A stretch of DNA of 64,000 bases from Oscillospiraceae bacterium. Lineage in GTDB: Bacteria; Bacillota; Clostridia; Oscillospirales; Oscillospiraceae. The notes under the pieces are model-generated. The model did not search any database and was not told the DNA's origin. It worked only from the letters and a program-made list of their open reading frames with translations. The stretch covers positions 6,373 to 70,372 of the forward strand of contig CACXAQ010000007.1 of assembly GCA_902765595.1 (NCBI GenBank). Direction: 5' to 3'. Positions 17,073 through 26,245 of this stretch are shown here, in pieces. Position numbers and translations under genes: made by a program. Position 1 is the first letter of the stretch. Every line of letters begins with the position of its first letter.

Positions 17073-17834
17073 TCAGAAGATGGGGGACTGGAAGAACTCT
17101 CTGGTGCCCAGGTCCAGGATCAGCCGGGCGCTGCCGTACCTGGTGCCGGTCACGTCATATTTGCCCCAGAGGTCGGTGCGGGAGTAGGAGGCGTTGTGGG
17201 CGGTGATGGGCCGGCCGTAATAGTGGCCGTCCTCCCGGTTCAGACCGAAGATCGCCGTGATGGGGTTGGTGAAGAGGCGGCCGGACAGGTAGGGCACCAC
17301 GTCGGACACGTCGCCCAGACGGCGGACGACGCCCTCGCGGGAGCCGACGGAGAGCAGCGGGGAGCCGAAGGTTACGGTGTTGAGCACGTTGTAGCGGGAC
17401 TTGATGGTGGAATCCGCCGCCACCTGCTGGGCTACCATGCCGCCCAGGCTGTGGCCGGCCAGGATGATATTGGCGCCCCGGGGGACGTTCTGCTGGATCA
17501 CGCGGACCACGTTCCAGTAGTAGGCGTTGTCAAGGTCGAAGCCGGAGAACAGGTCGGTCAGGACCTCGGTGGACTGGTTGAGGACCAGCTCCGTGCCGGA
17601 CAGCGTGACAAGGTATACGGTCTTGCTGGAGAAGCCCTGCTTCAGGGTGCCCTTGGTGATGCTGATGGGGCCCTTTGCCCCGCCGTTGTAGCCGTCGCGC
17701 ACCAGCGTGTAGATCTCGGCCGCGTTGGTGTAGGTGCGGGTGGAATCGGCAAAGGCGATGAGGCCGCCCGGCAGCGCGGTGAACACCATCACCAGCGTGA
17801 GGAGCAGAGCGATAAAGCCCAGGCGTTTTTTCAT
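17073..17834 (-). CDS. secreted class-3 lipase / alpha-beta hydrolase
   Basis: 253 aa. Signal peptide MKKRLGFIALLLTLVMVFTALPGGLIAFA and the nucleophile elbow GHSLGG. Confidence 0.8.
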   Translation of the reverse strand: MKKRLGFIALLLTLVMVFTALPGGLIAFADSTRTYTNAAEIYTLVRDGYNGGAKGPISITKGTLKQGFSSKTVYLVTLSGTELVLNQSTEVLTDLFSGFDLDNAYYWNVVRVIQQNVPRGANIILAGHSLGGMVAQQVAADSTIKSRYNVLNTVTFGSPLLSVGSREGVVRRLGDVSDVVPYLSGRLFTNPITAIFGLNREDGHYYGRPITAHNASYSRTDLWGKYDVTGTRYGSARLILDLGTREFFQSPIF

Positions 17835-18079
17835 GGTGTCTAATCCTCCCTATCATATTTTCCGTGATCGCATCGAGCGCTGCCGCGCCGTCCGGAGAAG
17901 ACACGACAGTTCGAGCTTCGTGTATAGTCACTATAGCATAGATCCCGCGGGATGAAAAGGGGGGAGAATGGCAGATTTTCAATTTTATTCCGCCGCTGCA
18001 TGGACTTTCAATGGAAATATACGGATAACCGAAACAAAAGGGGATCAATCGAAGAGCGCTGCCCGAGCAGCGCCCTCGC

Positions 18080-19351
18080 TCAGCCCCGGACCGGGGCTTT
18101 TTTCTGCAGTTTGTAGAGTTCTTCCGTGGCGAGGCGGGCCTTGGCCACGGGGGTCTTGTCCTTGGGGAAGCAGTAGTATTGGGTCTCCCGGTCGCCGATG
18201 CAGATGATGTCGCCCAGCTCGTACCAGTAGTAGTCGGCGTAGAGGCTGTAGCTCTGGTTGGCGGGCCGCCGGAAGCAGAGCTTCCCCTCGCAGCCGGTGA
18301 GGGTGAAGCCGCTCAGATCCTGCCGCAGCCGCCCCTCGCCCACCAGATAGATGGCCTTGAAGTCCACCAGCATGCCGATCTCCACCGGGGTATCCAGCAG
18401 GTAGGTCCCCGCCTCCAGCTCCCGGCGCACCTCCGAGCGCTCCCAGGCGTACCAGTCCGGGATGTGGGGGAATTCCGTCTCCCCCGCGAGGGCCCGCATC
18501 TGCCCCAGCTCGTCCAGCTCGTATTCCTTGCCGCAGGCATGGCAGGTGAGGCGGGTGCCCTTGCCCTCGGTCTCGCCCTCGGCGAGGCAGTGGGGGCACT
18601 TGTAGAGGATGCGCTCCAGGCCGTCCGCCCGGAAGGACTCGCGGATCTCCACGCCCTGATCCCGCTGCCAGGCGAAGTTGTCGAAGGAGAACATCCCGTC
18701 CAGCAGCGCGTCCAGCTCGCCCACGGTCTTTTCCCGGATCTCCTCCCGGGTCAGCAGGCCCCGGACTGTGGCGCTGACGGTCACGTCCCGCTTCTGCAGG
18801 CAGTTGTACAGCGGGTCCCGGGAAAAGGCGCCCTCGGTGAGGATGCCCACCACCGGCGCGTCCAGCCGCTTGAGCATGAGCCCCAGCCGCCGGGGCAGGG
18901 GAGTGGCCGTGCCGTCAAAGCTGTAGCTGGCCTCCGGGTAGAGCAGCACGCTGCAGCCCTTTTCGTGCAGGGCGCAGCGCATGTCCGACAGGAGCTGCAG
19001 ATCCGTGACGAACTTGTTGGTGGGGATGCAGCCGATGCGCCGCATGAGCCCCGCCTTGCCCACAAAGCCGTCGGAGGTGCAGACGATGCAAGTGGGCTTG
19101 GGGTAAAAGATGCGGGAGACGATCTCCAGGTCGATAAAGCTGGAGTGATTCATCAAAATCAGATAGGGCCCCTCGCCCAGCTCCTCCATCCGCTCGGTTT
19201 TGTAGGAGAAGCGGGTCTGCTTCAGATCCCCGGCGCCCAGGGTCCGGATCAGCCAGCGGAAAAAGAGCGGCGGTCTTTCCGGCTCCCGGTGAGCGGGCCT
19301 TGGCAGAGCCAGGACTTCCTCATAGCTGAGGCGCTTGGTCTTGATCTTCAT
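18080..19351 (-). CDS. lysophospholipid (1-acyl-sn-glycerol-3-phosphate) acyltransferase family protein
   Basis: 423 aa. The HxxxxD acyltransferase motif (NHSSFID) and a C-terminal CxxC...CxxC zinc-ribbon-like segment. Confidence 0.8.
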   Translation of the reverse strand: MKIKTKRLSYEEVLALPRPAHREPERPPLFFRWLIRTLGAGDLKQTRFSYKTERMEELGEGPYLILMNHSSFIDLEIVSRIFYPKPTCIVCTSDGFVGKAGLMRRIGCIPTNKFVTDLQLLSDMRCALHEKGCSVLLYPEASYSFDGTATPLPRRLGLMLKRLDAPVVGILTEGAFSRDPLYNCLQKRDVTVSATVRGLLTREEIREKTVGELDALLDGMFSFDNFAWQRDQGVEIRESFRADGLERILYKCPHCLAEGETEGKGTRLTCHACGKEYELDELGQMRALAGETEFPHIPDWYAWERSEVRRELEAGTYLLDTPVEIGMLVDFKAIYLVGEGRLRQDLSGFTLTGCEGKLCFRRPANQSYSLYADYYWYELGDIICIGDRETQYYCFPKDKTPVAKARLATEELYKLQKKAPVRG

Positions 19352-19510
19352 AGGCGCGGCCTCCCGACGTTTTTTCCCATTTTACAATAGAACCGGGAGA
19401 ATGACAATTCCGAATTCGCGGCCCGGGGAAAAACAGGGCAGATTCTCGATTGCAAAGGCGGAAAAAATGCGGTAAAATATCCCCACATCCGAAAAAGGAG
19501 GCCTTTGGGT

Positions 19511-20464
19511 ATGACAGACGTGCTGGGCAACATCTTTTATCTGGACTGGGAACTGCGGCTCATGGAGTGGCTGCAGGCCCACATCGGCAGCAGCGGCTTC
19601 GGCTTCTGGCTGCTGTCCAATCTCTCCGCCTTCGGCGAACAGCTGCTGCTGGTGGTCATCATGGGCTTCCTCTACTGGGGCCTGAACAAGGAATTCGGCA
19701 AATACGTGGGCGTGAACGTGCTGGTGGCCAACGTCTGGAACCCCATGATCAAGAACATCTTCCTGCGGCTGCGGCCCTATTTCGTCAGTGACCGGATCCA
19801 GCTTCTGCGGAAGATCGATGGGGACGCGGACATCATGGACGTGGCGGCCCAGGGCTATTCCTTCCCCAGCGGCCATTCCTCCAGCGCCGTGGCGGTCTAC
19901 GGCTCCCTGGCTGCCCATGAGAAGAAGAAAAAGCTCCTCTGGGTCCTGGCCATCGTGCTGCCCATCCTGGTGGGCGTCTCCCGGGTGATCGTGGGCGCCC
20001 ATTTCCCCACGGACGTGCTGGTGGGCTGGGCCCTGGGCATCCTGGTGGTGGCGCTGATCCCCTGGCTGCGCCGCACCATCCGCAGCCGCTGGGTCTTCTA
20101 CGCGGTGCTGCTGCTGACGGCCGTCCCCGGCTTCTTCTACTGCACCAGCTCCGACTACTATACCTCCTTCGGCATGCTGGTGGGCTTTGTGCTGGCCGAG
20201 CCCTTTGAGGAGCGGTTCGTCAAGTTCGAGAACACCCGCAATCTCTTCCGCTGCGTCCTGCGCACCCTGGGCGGCGGCCTGATCTACTTCGGGCTGAACA
20301 CCCTGCTGAAGCTGCCCTTCCCCAAGGAGCTGCTGGAAGCGGGGGACCTGACCGCCCACCTGATCCGCGCCGCCCGCTACGCGGTGGTGATCTTCGTGGA
20401 CATCGGCGTGTACCCCATGCTCTTCAAGCTCACCGGCAAGCTCTGGGAGAAAAAGAGCGCGTAA
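19511..20464 (+). CDS. PAP2-family phosphatase
   Basis: ATG 19511 lies 9 nt after GGAGG. PAP2 motifs PSGHSS and SRVIVGAHFPTDV. Multi-TM. Confidence 0.85.
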   Translation: MTDVLGNIFYLDWELRLMEWLQAHIGSSGFGFWLLSNLSAFGEQLLLVVIMGFLYWGLNKEFGKYVGVNVLVANVWNPMIKNIFLRLRPYFVSDRIQLLRKIDGDADIMDVAAQGYSFPSGHSSSAVAVYGSLAAHEKKKKLLWVLAIVLPILVGVSRVIVGAHFPTDVLVGWALGILVVALIPWLRRTIRSRWVFYAVLLLTAVPGFFYCTSSDYYTSFGMLVGFVLAEPFEERFVKFENTRNLFRCVLRTLGGGLIYFGLNTLLKLPFPKELLEAGDLTAHLIRAARYAVVIFVDIGVYPMLFKLTGKLWEKKSA

Positions 20465-20482
20465 AGAATAGAAGAATAAAAA

Positions 20483-20514
20483 ACTCCCGCTCTCAAAAGA
20501 GAGCGGGAGTTTTG
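20483..20514. terminator. bidirectional intrinsic terminator (PAP2 / galU convergent pair)
   Basis: ACTCCCGCTCTC-aaaa-GAGAGCGGGAGT flanked by an A-run and a T-run. Confidence 0.85.
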
Positions 20515-20524
20515 CTGTTTCGGT

Positions 20525-21400
20525 TCAGCGGAGCTGATCGGCCTTGTCCAGGATGAACTGGCGCAGCCAGGGGCCGGCCTCCTGATTCTGCAGGGCGAAG
20601 TCGATGATGGACTCCAGATAGCCCTTCAGATTGCCGGTGTCGTAGCGGCGGCCCTCAAAGTCCACCGCGCACATGGGCTCGTGGCGCACCAGCTCCTTCA
20701 TGCCGTCGGTGAGCTGGATCTCGTTGTTGCGGCCGGGGGCCGTGTGCTCCAGGATGTCGAAGATCCCGGGGGTCAGCACGTAGCGGCCCAGGATGGCGTA
20801 CTGGGAGAGCTTTTCTTCCAGGGTGGGCTTCTCGTTCATGTCGCTGATGCGATAGACCCGGTCCGAGAGCTTTTCCTCCAGCTTCACGGAGGAATACTTC
20901 ACGATCAGCTCGTCCGGCACCTCCCGCACGGCGATGGCGCTGCAGGAATTGGCCTCGGCAGCCTCCACAAGCTGCTTCAGCACCGGCTTTTTCGAGAGCA
21001 TGATGTCGTCGCCCAGCAGGACCCCGAAGGGCTCGTCGCCCACAAAGCTCTTGGCCCGCCAGATGGCGTGGCCCAGACCCTTGGTCTCCTTCTGCCGGAG
21101 GAAGAACACGTCCGCCATGTCGGCAACGGCGCGGACCGTGCGGGCCTCGTCCCGCTTGCCGTCGTGGAGAAGACGTTCCTCCAGGTCGGGGGCGTAGTCG
21201 AAATAGTCCTCGATGGGGGATTTGCCCCGGTTGGTGATGATGAGGATCTGCTCCACGCCGGCGGCCACGGCCTCCTCCACGATGTACTGGATCACGGGCT
21301 TGTCCACCAGGGGCAGCATCTCCTTGGGGATCGACTTGGTGTTGGGCAGCAGACGGGTCCCCAGACCCGCCGCAGGGATGATGGCTTTCCGAACCCTCAT
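20525..21400 (-). CDS. galU: UTP--glucose-1-phosphate uridylyltransferase
   Basis: 291 aa. KAIIPAAGLGTRLLPNTKSIPKEMLPLVDKPVIQYIVEEA. Confidence 0.92.
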   Translation of the reverse strand: MRVRKAIIPAAGLGTRLLPNTKSIPKEMLPLVDKPVIQYIVEEAVAAGVEQILIITNRGKSPIEDYFDYAPDLEERLLHDGKRDEARTVRAVADMADVFFLRQKETKGLGHAIWRAKSFVGDEPFGVLLGDDIMLSKKPVLKQLVEAAEANSCSAIAVREVPDELIVKYSSVKLEEKLSDRVYRISDMNEKPTLEEKLSQYAILGRYVLTPGIFDILEHTAPGRNNEIQLTDGMKELVRHEPMCAVDFEGRRYDTGNLKGYLESIIDFALQNQEAGPWLRQFILDKADQLR

Positions 21401-21434
21401 GACAGATCTCCTTTCACCCCCGGACGGGGGCTCA

Positions 21435-21977
21435 TTATTGGTTGACGCGGGTGATAAACTCGCGGATGACCTTGATTTTCGGAAGCTGACGCAGCAGGGT
21501 ATAGCCGATCAGAACCAGCACGGCCGCCTCGCCAAGGCCAACGGTCAGGGCGTTGAAGCCGTAGGAGGCCATGGGGTTGTCGGGAAACTGCTGGAGCTGA
21601 TAGCCCCAGGTGAGCACGGCGCCCACGATGACTGCGTTGAAGAGCACCGGCATCAGGCAGCCCAGCAGGCGATTCTTGACGGTGCTGCCCTTTTTGCCGA
21701 ACCAGGCGGTCAGCAGACCGGCCAGGAGCGTGGCCAGGGACCCGAAGATGATGTCCAGGACGCTGCCGGTGTAGAGATTGGCCAGGATGCAGCCGAGAAA
21801 GACGCCCCATACGGTGCAGGGCATCAGGAAGGGCAGCGCGGTGAGCGCCTCGCTGACGCGGAACTGGATGGGCCCGTAGCTGATGGGCGCCAGGACGATG
21901 GTGAGGGCCGCGTAGGCGGCGGCGACGATGGCGATGACGGCCATCTTGAGGAGATTGCGGCGGTTTTGCTCTTTCAT
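21435..21977 (-). CDS. queT: queuosine-precursor transporter QueT
   Basis: 180 aa, 5-6 TM. ...ISYGPIQFRVSEALTALPF... is QueT/ECF-S-like. It is adjacent to queH. Confidence 0.78.
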   Translation of the reverse strand: MKEQNRRNLLKMAVIAIVAAAYAALTIVLAPISYGPIQFRVSEALTALPFLMPCTVWGVFLGCILANLYTGSVLDIIFGSLATLLAGLLTAWFGKKGSTVKNRLLGCLMPVLFNAVIVGAVLTWGYQLQQFPDNPMASYGFNALTVGLGEAAVLVLIGYTLLRQLPKIKVIREFITRVNQ

Positions 21978-22133
21978 GTTGGGGATTTACCTCCATTTTT
22001 TATTTTCGGCGTCATGGAGGCAAACCGGGCAGGAAACAGGCCGGGGCATCCCCGGCGTCCATTTTTTGCTTCGGCCTCCCATCGGCCTTCGCTGGGTGTG
22101 GAAACCAGCGAATATACGATTTTTATGGGATCC
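21978..22133 (-). promoter_or_regulatory. structured queT leader; candidate preQ1-class riboswitch (unverified)
   Basis: 156-nt queH-queT spacer. The hairpin CCUCCAU-17 nt-AUGGAGG (21990-22020) sequesters the queT SD. Additional hairpins are GCCGGGG-au-CCCCGGC and CGCUGG-9 nt-CCAGCG. Confidence 0.3.
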
Positions 22134-22781
22134 TCAGACAGGATCCGGGGCGTTTTCGCCCTTTTCCTCCCGCTTGTGGAGGGAGTATTCACAGCCGCAG
22201 TAGAGCTGCTGATAGATGCCGTGCTCGTTTGCCAGATCCCGGGAGCGCATCTCCCGGCCATGCTTCTTGAAATCCGAGGGCAGCCACGGGACCCCCGCCG
22301 CCCGGCCGATCTCCTCGCCCAGGGCGTTGATGCGCACGGCGTCCTTGTGCCGGGACAGGGTCAGGGTGGTGCAGAAGTAGTCGTAGCCGTAGTGCCTGGC
22401 GAGCCTTGCCGTCTCCAGAAGGCGCAGGCGGAAGCACTCGGTGCACCGGGCGCCCCCCTCCGGCTCGTCCTCCAGACCCTTGACGCGCCGGTCGTAGTCC
22501 TCGTGCTTCCAGGGCTCGGCCAGCACGTTCACCCTGTCCGCCAGGCCCATCCGCTCGATCATCTGCACCAGGGCCTGAAAGCGCCGGTCAAACTCCGCCT
22601 GGGGGTAGAGGTTGGGATTATACCACAGCACCGTCACGTCAAAATATTGGGTCAGATACTCCAGCACCGCGCCGGAGCAGACGCCGCAGCAGGCGTGCAG
22701 CAGCACCCGGGGCTCTTTTTTGCCCCGTTTCTGGATGATACGGTCCAGTTCCTTCTGATAGTTCCGATTCATAAGCCTCAA
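22134..22781 (-). CDS. queH: epoxyqueuosine reductase QueH (DUF208)
   Basis: 215 aa. LLHACCGVCSGAVLEYL...VLWYNPNLYP matches the QueH Cys motif pattern. Confidence 0.85.
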   Translation of the reverse strand: MRLMNRNYQKELDRIIQKRGKKEPRVLLHACCGVCSGAVLEYLTQYFDVTVLWYNPNLYPQAEFDRRFQALVQMIERMGLADRVNVLAEPWKHEDYDRRVKGLEDEPEGGARCTECFRLRLLETARLARHYGYDYFCTTLTLSRHKDAVRINALGEEIGRAAGVPWLPSDFKKHGREMRSRDLANEHGIYQQLYCGCEYSLHKREEKGENAPDPV

Positions 22782-22833
22782 TATAGCACACCCGGCAGAA
22801 AAAAGCTACCAATAGTTGAACAAAATCAAAGGA

Positions 22834-22862
22834 TTGACGGTTTTGCAGGTCTGTATTATTAT
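22834..22862 (+). promoter_or_regulatory. sigma-A-type promoter candidate (dCMP deaminase gene)
   Basis: TTGACG, 17-nt spacer, TATTAT. Confidence 0.5.
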
Positions 22863-22899
22863 GATAAACGAGAAATCTTGACGAATTCGGGAGGCCGCC

Positions 22900-23382
22900 A
22901 TGGATAACCGCACCAGCAAGCAGAACTACTACCTGGACATTGCCGACTCCGTTCTGGAGCGCTCCACCTGCCTGAGAAGAAAGTATGGGGCCATCATCGT
23001 GCGCAACGACGAGATCATTTCCACCGGCTATAACGGCGCCCCCCGGGGCCGCCGCAACTGCTCCGACCTGGGCTACTGCATGCGGGAGAACCTGCACATC
23101 CCCTCCGGGGAGCGCTACGAGCTCTGCCGCAGCGTCCATGCCGAGGCCAACGCCATCATCTCCGCCCCCCGGCGGGACATGATCGGCGCCACCATCTATC
23201 TGGTGGGGCGGGACGCCAAGACCGGGGAGCTGCTCACCGACGCCATGAGCTGCTCCATGTGCAAGCGCCAGATCATCAACGCCGGCATCGACCGGGTGGT
23301 GATCCGCCAGAGCGCCACGGAGTATCGCACCATCCCCGTCTCCGACTGGGTGGAGAACGACGACAGCATTTTTATGCTGTAA
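22900..23382 (+). CDS. comEB: deoxycytidylate (dCMP) deaminase / ComEB family
   Basis: 160 aa. Zinc-binding HAEANAI and PCSMCKRQIINAGI motifs. Confidence 0.88.
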   Translation: MDNRTSKQNYYLDIADSVLERSTCLRRKYGAIIVRNDEIISTGYNGAPRGRRNCSDLGYCMRENLHIPSGERYELCRSVHAEANAIISAPRRDMIGATIYLVGRDAKTGELLTDAMSCSMCKRQIINAGIDRVVIRQSATEYRTIPVSDWVENDDSIFML

Positions 23383-23524
23383 AGGCGGCCTGCAAGTCCT
23401 TCTCTCCTGGGAGGAAGGGGGCGCGAAGGCCACCCGCCTGTTCCGTATCGCCGGGACAAAGACGGCTTTAGATCGCCTCTGTGGGAGCGCGCACGACCCG
23501 GACGCCGCGAAAGGAGGATCTTTC

Positions 23525-24124
23525 ATGGAGAATGAAAAACACGGCTATGCCGTTGCCGCCTTCGTCTTTTTGCTGCTCTACGGCGGCATTTTCAGCCTGC
23601 TGGTCCTTTTGTTTGGCTGGTACGATTCCTTTGGCATGGGCGAAGTGCTCGCCTTGGGTTACCTGCTGCTGCCGGCGGTGTCAGGCCTCTTTCTGATGCT
23701 GCGCAAACCCCGGATCGCCGCGGTGCTGATGACTCTGGTTCTGGTTTTAACGCTGGTGCAGGAAATCCCGGAGATCCTCCGGTATCTGGAGCCCAACGGG
23801 TATCTGGCCACCTTTGACGAGGCTACCGGCTACACGGAGTATATTCCCCGTCAATTTGCAGTGCTGCCGATCTTGAGCATCTTGGCGGCGCTGTCCTTTG
23901 CCGGGGCGCTGTACCTGCGGGGCCGGCCTGCCCTGGTGCTGGCTGTTCTGGCTGCCGTCGCGGAGCTGGTATACATGGTGCTGCAGATCATGTCCATGGC
24001 CTATGTGACCGGCCATCCGACGCCTTTGAACGTCATGTTCTCCTTCAACTACGCCATGGGCGCGATCTTTGCGGGGCTCTATCTTTTCTCCCTGGGGGGA
24101 AATAATAAGACAACGGGCGGCTGA
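23525..24124 (+). CDS. hypothetical membrane protein
   Basis: 199-aa ORF after AAAGGAGG. About 6 hydrophobic segments and no recognisable motif. Confidence 0.6.
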   Translation: MENEKHGYAVAAFVFLLLYGGIFSLLVLLFGWYDSFGMGEVLALGYLLLPAVSGLFLMLRKPRIAAVLMTLVLVLTLVQEIPEILRYLEPNGYLATFDEATGYTEYIPRQFAVLPILSILAALSFAGALYLRGRPALVLAVLAAVAELVYMVLQIMSMAYVTGHPTPLNVMFSFNYAMGAIFAGLYLFSLGGNNKTTGG

Positions 24125-24137
24125 TAGCCGCCCCTAC
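24115..24137. repeat. REP-like unit GGGCGGCTGATAGCCGCCCCTAC (GTAGGGGCGG family)
   Basis: Same hairpin unit as at 32368-32390 and 63308-63330. It overlaps the stop codon of the upstream gene. Confidence 0.75.
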
Positions 24138-24142
24138 AACGA

Positions 24143-24173
24143 AAAGAGGATGCGGTCAACGCATCCTCTTTTT
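24143..24173. terminator. bidirectional intrinsic terminator
   Basis: AAAGAGGATGCG-gtcaa-CGCATCCTCTTT followed by TT, between convergent genes. Confidence 0.8.
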
Positions 24174-24732
24174 ATACCATCTTCAGCTTGTCGTTGAGCT
24201 TTTGATAGATCCTCTTCACGAACCAGGGCTCGGTGGAGGCCGCCAGGGCATCCTCCAGAGAAAACCAGCTGACGCCCTTGTTCTCGTCCTCGCAGACGTG
24301 CAGGGGCGACCTGTCGTCCGCCTCCAGCAGGTAGGTCACGTTCAGGTGCAGGTGGCTGGAGACGTATTCGCCCCGCTTCTCGTGGCCGTCCACGGTCAGG
24401 ACCTCCAAAGAATAGATGTCCTCCGCCACCGGGCGGACGGATCGGACCCCCGTCTCCTCGGTGACCTCCCGCAGGGCCACCGCCAGCAGATCGGTCTCCC
24501 CGTCGGCGTGGCCCCCGGTCCAGGACCAGGAGTCGTAGATCTTATGATAGACCATCAGCACCTTGTCCCGCGTCGGGTTCACCACCCAGGCGGAGGCGGT
24601 CATGTGGGCGATCCGGTTGGTGCGCAGGAAGGCGTCGTCATGCTGCGCCAGATAGCGGAGGATCTCCGCCTGATCCCGCTGCTCCTGTTCGTTGAAGGGC
24701 ACATAGCGGGCGATGTCGTCCATGATCTTCAT
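24172..24732 (-). CDS. NUDIX hydrolase
   Basis: 186 aa. Nudix box GGHADGETDLLAVALREVTEETG. Confidence 0.87.
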   Translation of the reverse strand: MKIMDDIARYVPFNEQEQRDQAEILRYLAQHDDAFLRTNRIAHMTASAWVVNPTRDKVLMVYHKIYDSWSWTGGHADGETDLLAVALREVTEETGVRSVRPVAEDIYSLEVLTVDGHEKRGEYVSSHLHLNVTYLLEADDRSPLHVCEDENKGVSWFSLEDALAASTEPWFVKRIYQKLNDKLKMV

Positions 24733-25550
24733 TTGGCCACCTCGTATACGTCTTCCCGGAGATGCAGGAAGGTGGGCAGCTGCCGCCGCACCTCCTCCAC
24801 CCGACCCAGATCCAGCTCCGCGTACAGGATCTGCTCTGTCTCATCGGCGGAGGCGATGAGAGTCCCCCAGGGGTCGATCACGGCGGAGTGGCCCCAGCAT
24901 TCGTAGGAAAAGCCCTGGTAGCGGGCGGCGGAGCAGGCCGCCACAAACAGCTCGTTGTCCACCGCCCGGGCCCGAAGGGTCATCTCCCAGTGGACGGGGC
25001 CGGTGGTCATGTTGAACTGGGCGGGCACGAAGATCACCCGGGCGCCGCGCTTTGCCATGGCCCGGAACAGCTCGGGAAAGCGCATGTCAAAGCAGATCGC
25101 CGCGCCCATTTTGCCCCAGGGGGTGTCGAACACGGTGATCTCCTCCCCGGGGCTAAAGGTGTCGGACTCCCGAAAGCGCATGCCCGGCGCGTCGATGTCG
25201 AACAGGTGCACCTTCCGGTGGCGGGCCACCTGCCGCCCCTCGCTGTCGAAAACGAAGCAGGTGTTATAAAGCTTCCCGTCCTCCCCTTCGGGGACGGAGC
25301 CGCCCACCAGCCAGATCCGGTTCTCTCTCGCCCAGGCGGAGAGGGCCGACACGGTCCCCTCATGGCCCAGGGCGGTGAATTCCCGGAAATAACGGCCCGA
25401 GTAGGGGCAGTTGAACATCTCCGGCAGCACGGCGATCTGCGCGCCCTGCCCGGCGGCCTCCCGGATCATGCGGGAGGCTTTTTCCATGGTCTCCGCCCGG
25501 TCCAGCTCCGTGCGGAGCTGGCAGACGGCCAGCTTCAGCTTTTCCCTCAT
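24729..25550 (-). CDS. carbon-nitrogen hydrolase (nitrilase/omega-amidase) family protein
   Basis: 273 aa. The E-K-C triad context (LPEMFN..., HRKVHLFD, AAICFDMRFPE). Confidence 0.88.
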   Translation of the reverse strand: MREKLKLAVCQLRTELDRAETMEKASRMIREAAGQGAQIAVLPEMFNCPYSGRYFREFTALGHEGTVSALSAWARENRIWLVGGSVPEGEDGKLYNTCFVFDSEGRQVARHRKVHLFDIDAPGMRFRESDTFSPGEEITVFDTPWGKMGAAICFDMRFPELFRAMAKRGARVIFVPAQFNMTTGPVHWEMTLRARAVDNELFVAACSAARYQGFSYECWGHSAVIDPWGTLIASADETEQILYAELDLGRVEEVRRQLPTFLHLREDVYEVAK

Positions 25551-26167
25551 AGGCTTTCCAGATACCCCTCCACGTCAAAATCCAGGATTTTTTCGTCCTT
25601 TTTCAGATACAGCGGGTGATGGGGGTGGCCCTTGGCGGAGCACTTGCCCGCCCGGACCCAGCGGGCGCCGTAGCACTGGCCGATCCTTACCATGTCCCGC
25701 AGGCAGTCGGGCAGATAGGCCCGCTTTTCGATGATGGTCCCCCAGGCGGCCCAGACGGCGGGCCTGTGCCCCTTTGCCGCGGCGCCCGAGAGGATGTAGG
25801 CGAAGGCCCGCATGTTCTCCCGGTGGAGCCGCTCGTTGAGCTCCCGGTCCATGTCGTCGGGCCGGGTGGCCCGCTGGGCGTAGACATTGAACATGATCCA
25901 GCTGTCAAAGCCGTTGCCCGCGGCGATGCGGGAGACGGATTTCAGGGTGTTGTCCAGATCCTCCGGGGCGGCGGTGGAGGGGTTGATGCCGATGCAGATC
26001 AGGGGGTTCTCCCCCCGGGTGCCCAGGATGTAACGGTATTCGGTGTAAAAGTCCGGCACGTAGAGCCATTTGGCGGCGTCGTAATCGCCGGACTTGCCGG
26101 AGAGGGCCAGGGCCTCTTCAAAGTCCAGCAGCTCCACGGTCTGACTGGCGCCGGCGGGGATATGCAT
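25547..26167 (-). CDS. DUF1643 domain protein
   Basis: 206 aa. ...LICIGINPSTAAPEDLDNTLKSV...NVYAQRATRPDDM... resembles DUF1643. It has a 4-nt overlap with the downstream gene. Confidence 0.65.
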   Translation of the reverse strand: MHIPAGASQTVELLDFEEALALSGKSGDYDAAKWLYVPDFYTEYRYILGTRGENPLICIGINPSTAAPEDLDNTLKSVSRIAAGNGFDSWIMFNVYAQRATRPDDMDRELNERLHRENMRAFAYILSGAAAKGHRPAVWAAWGTIIEKRAYLPDCLRDMVRIGQCYGARWVRAGKCSAKGHPHHPLYLKKDEKILDFDVEGYLESL

Positions 26168-26245
26168 GGGATCACGCCCTTTTCATTATAATACTCCAAA
26201 ATAATAGTATGGCAGGGGAGGGGCTTGCCCCTCCCGTGAATATTT

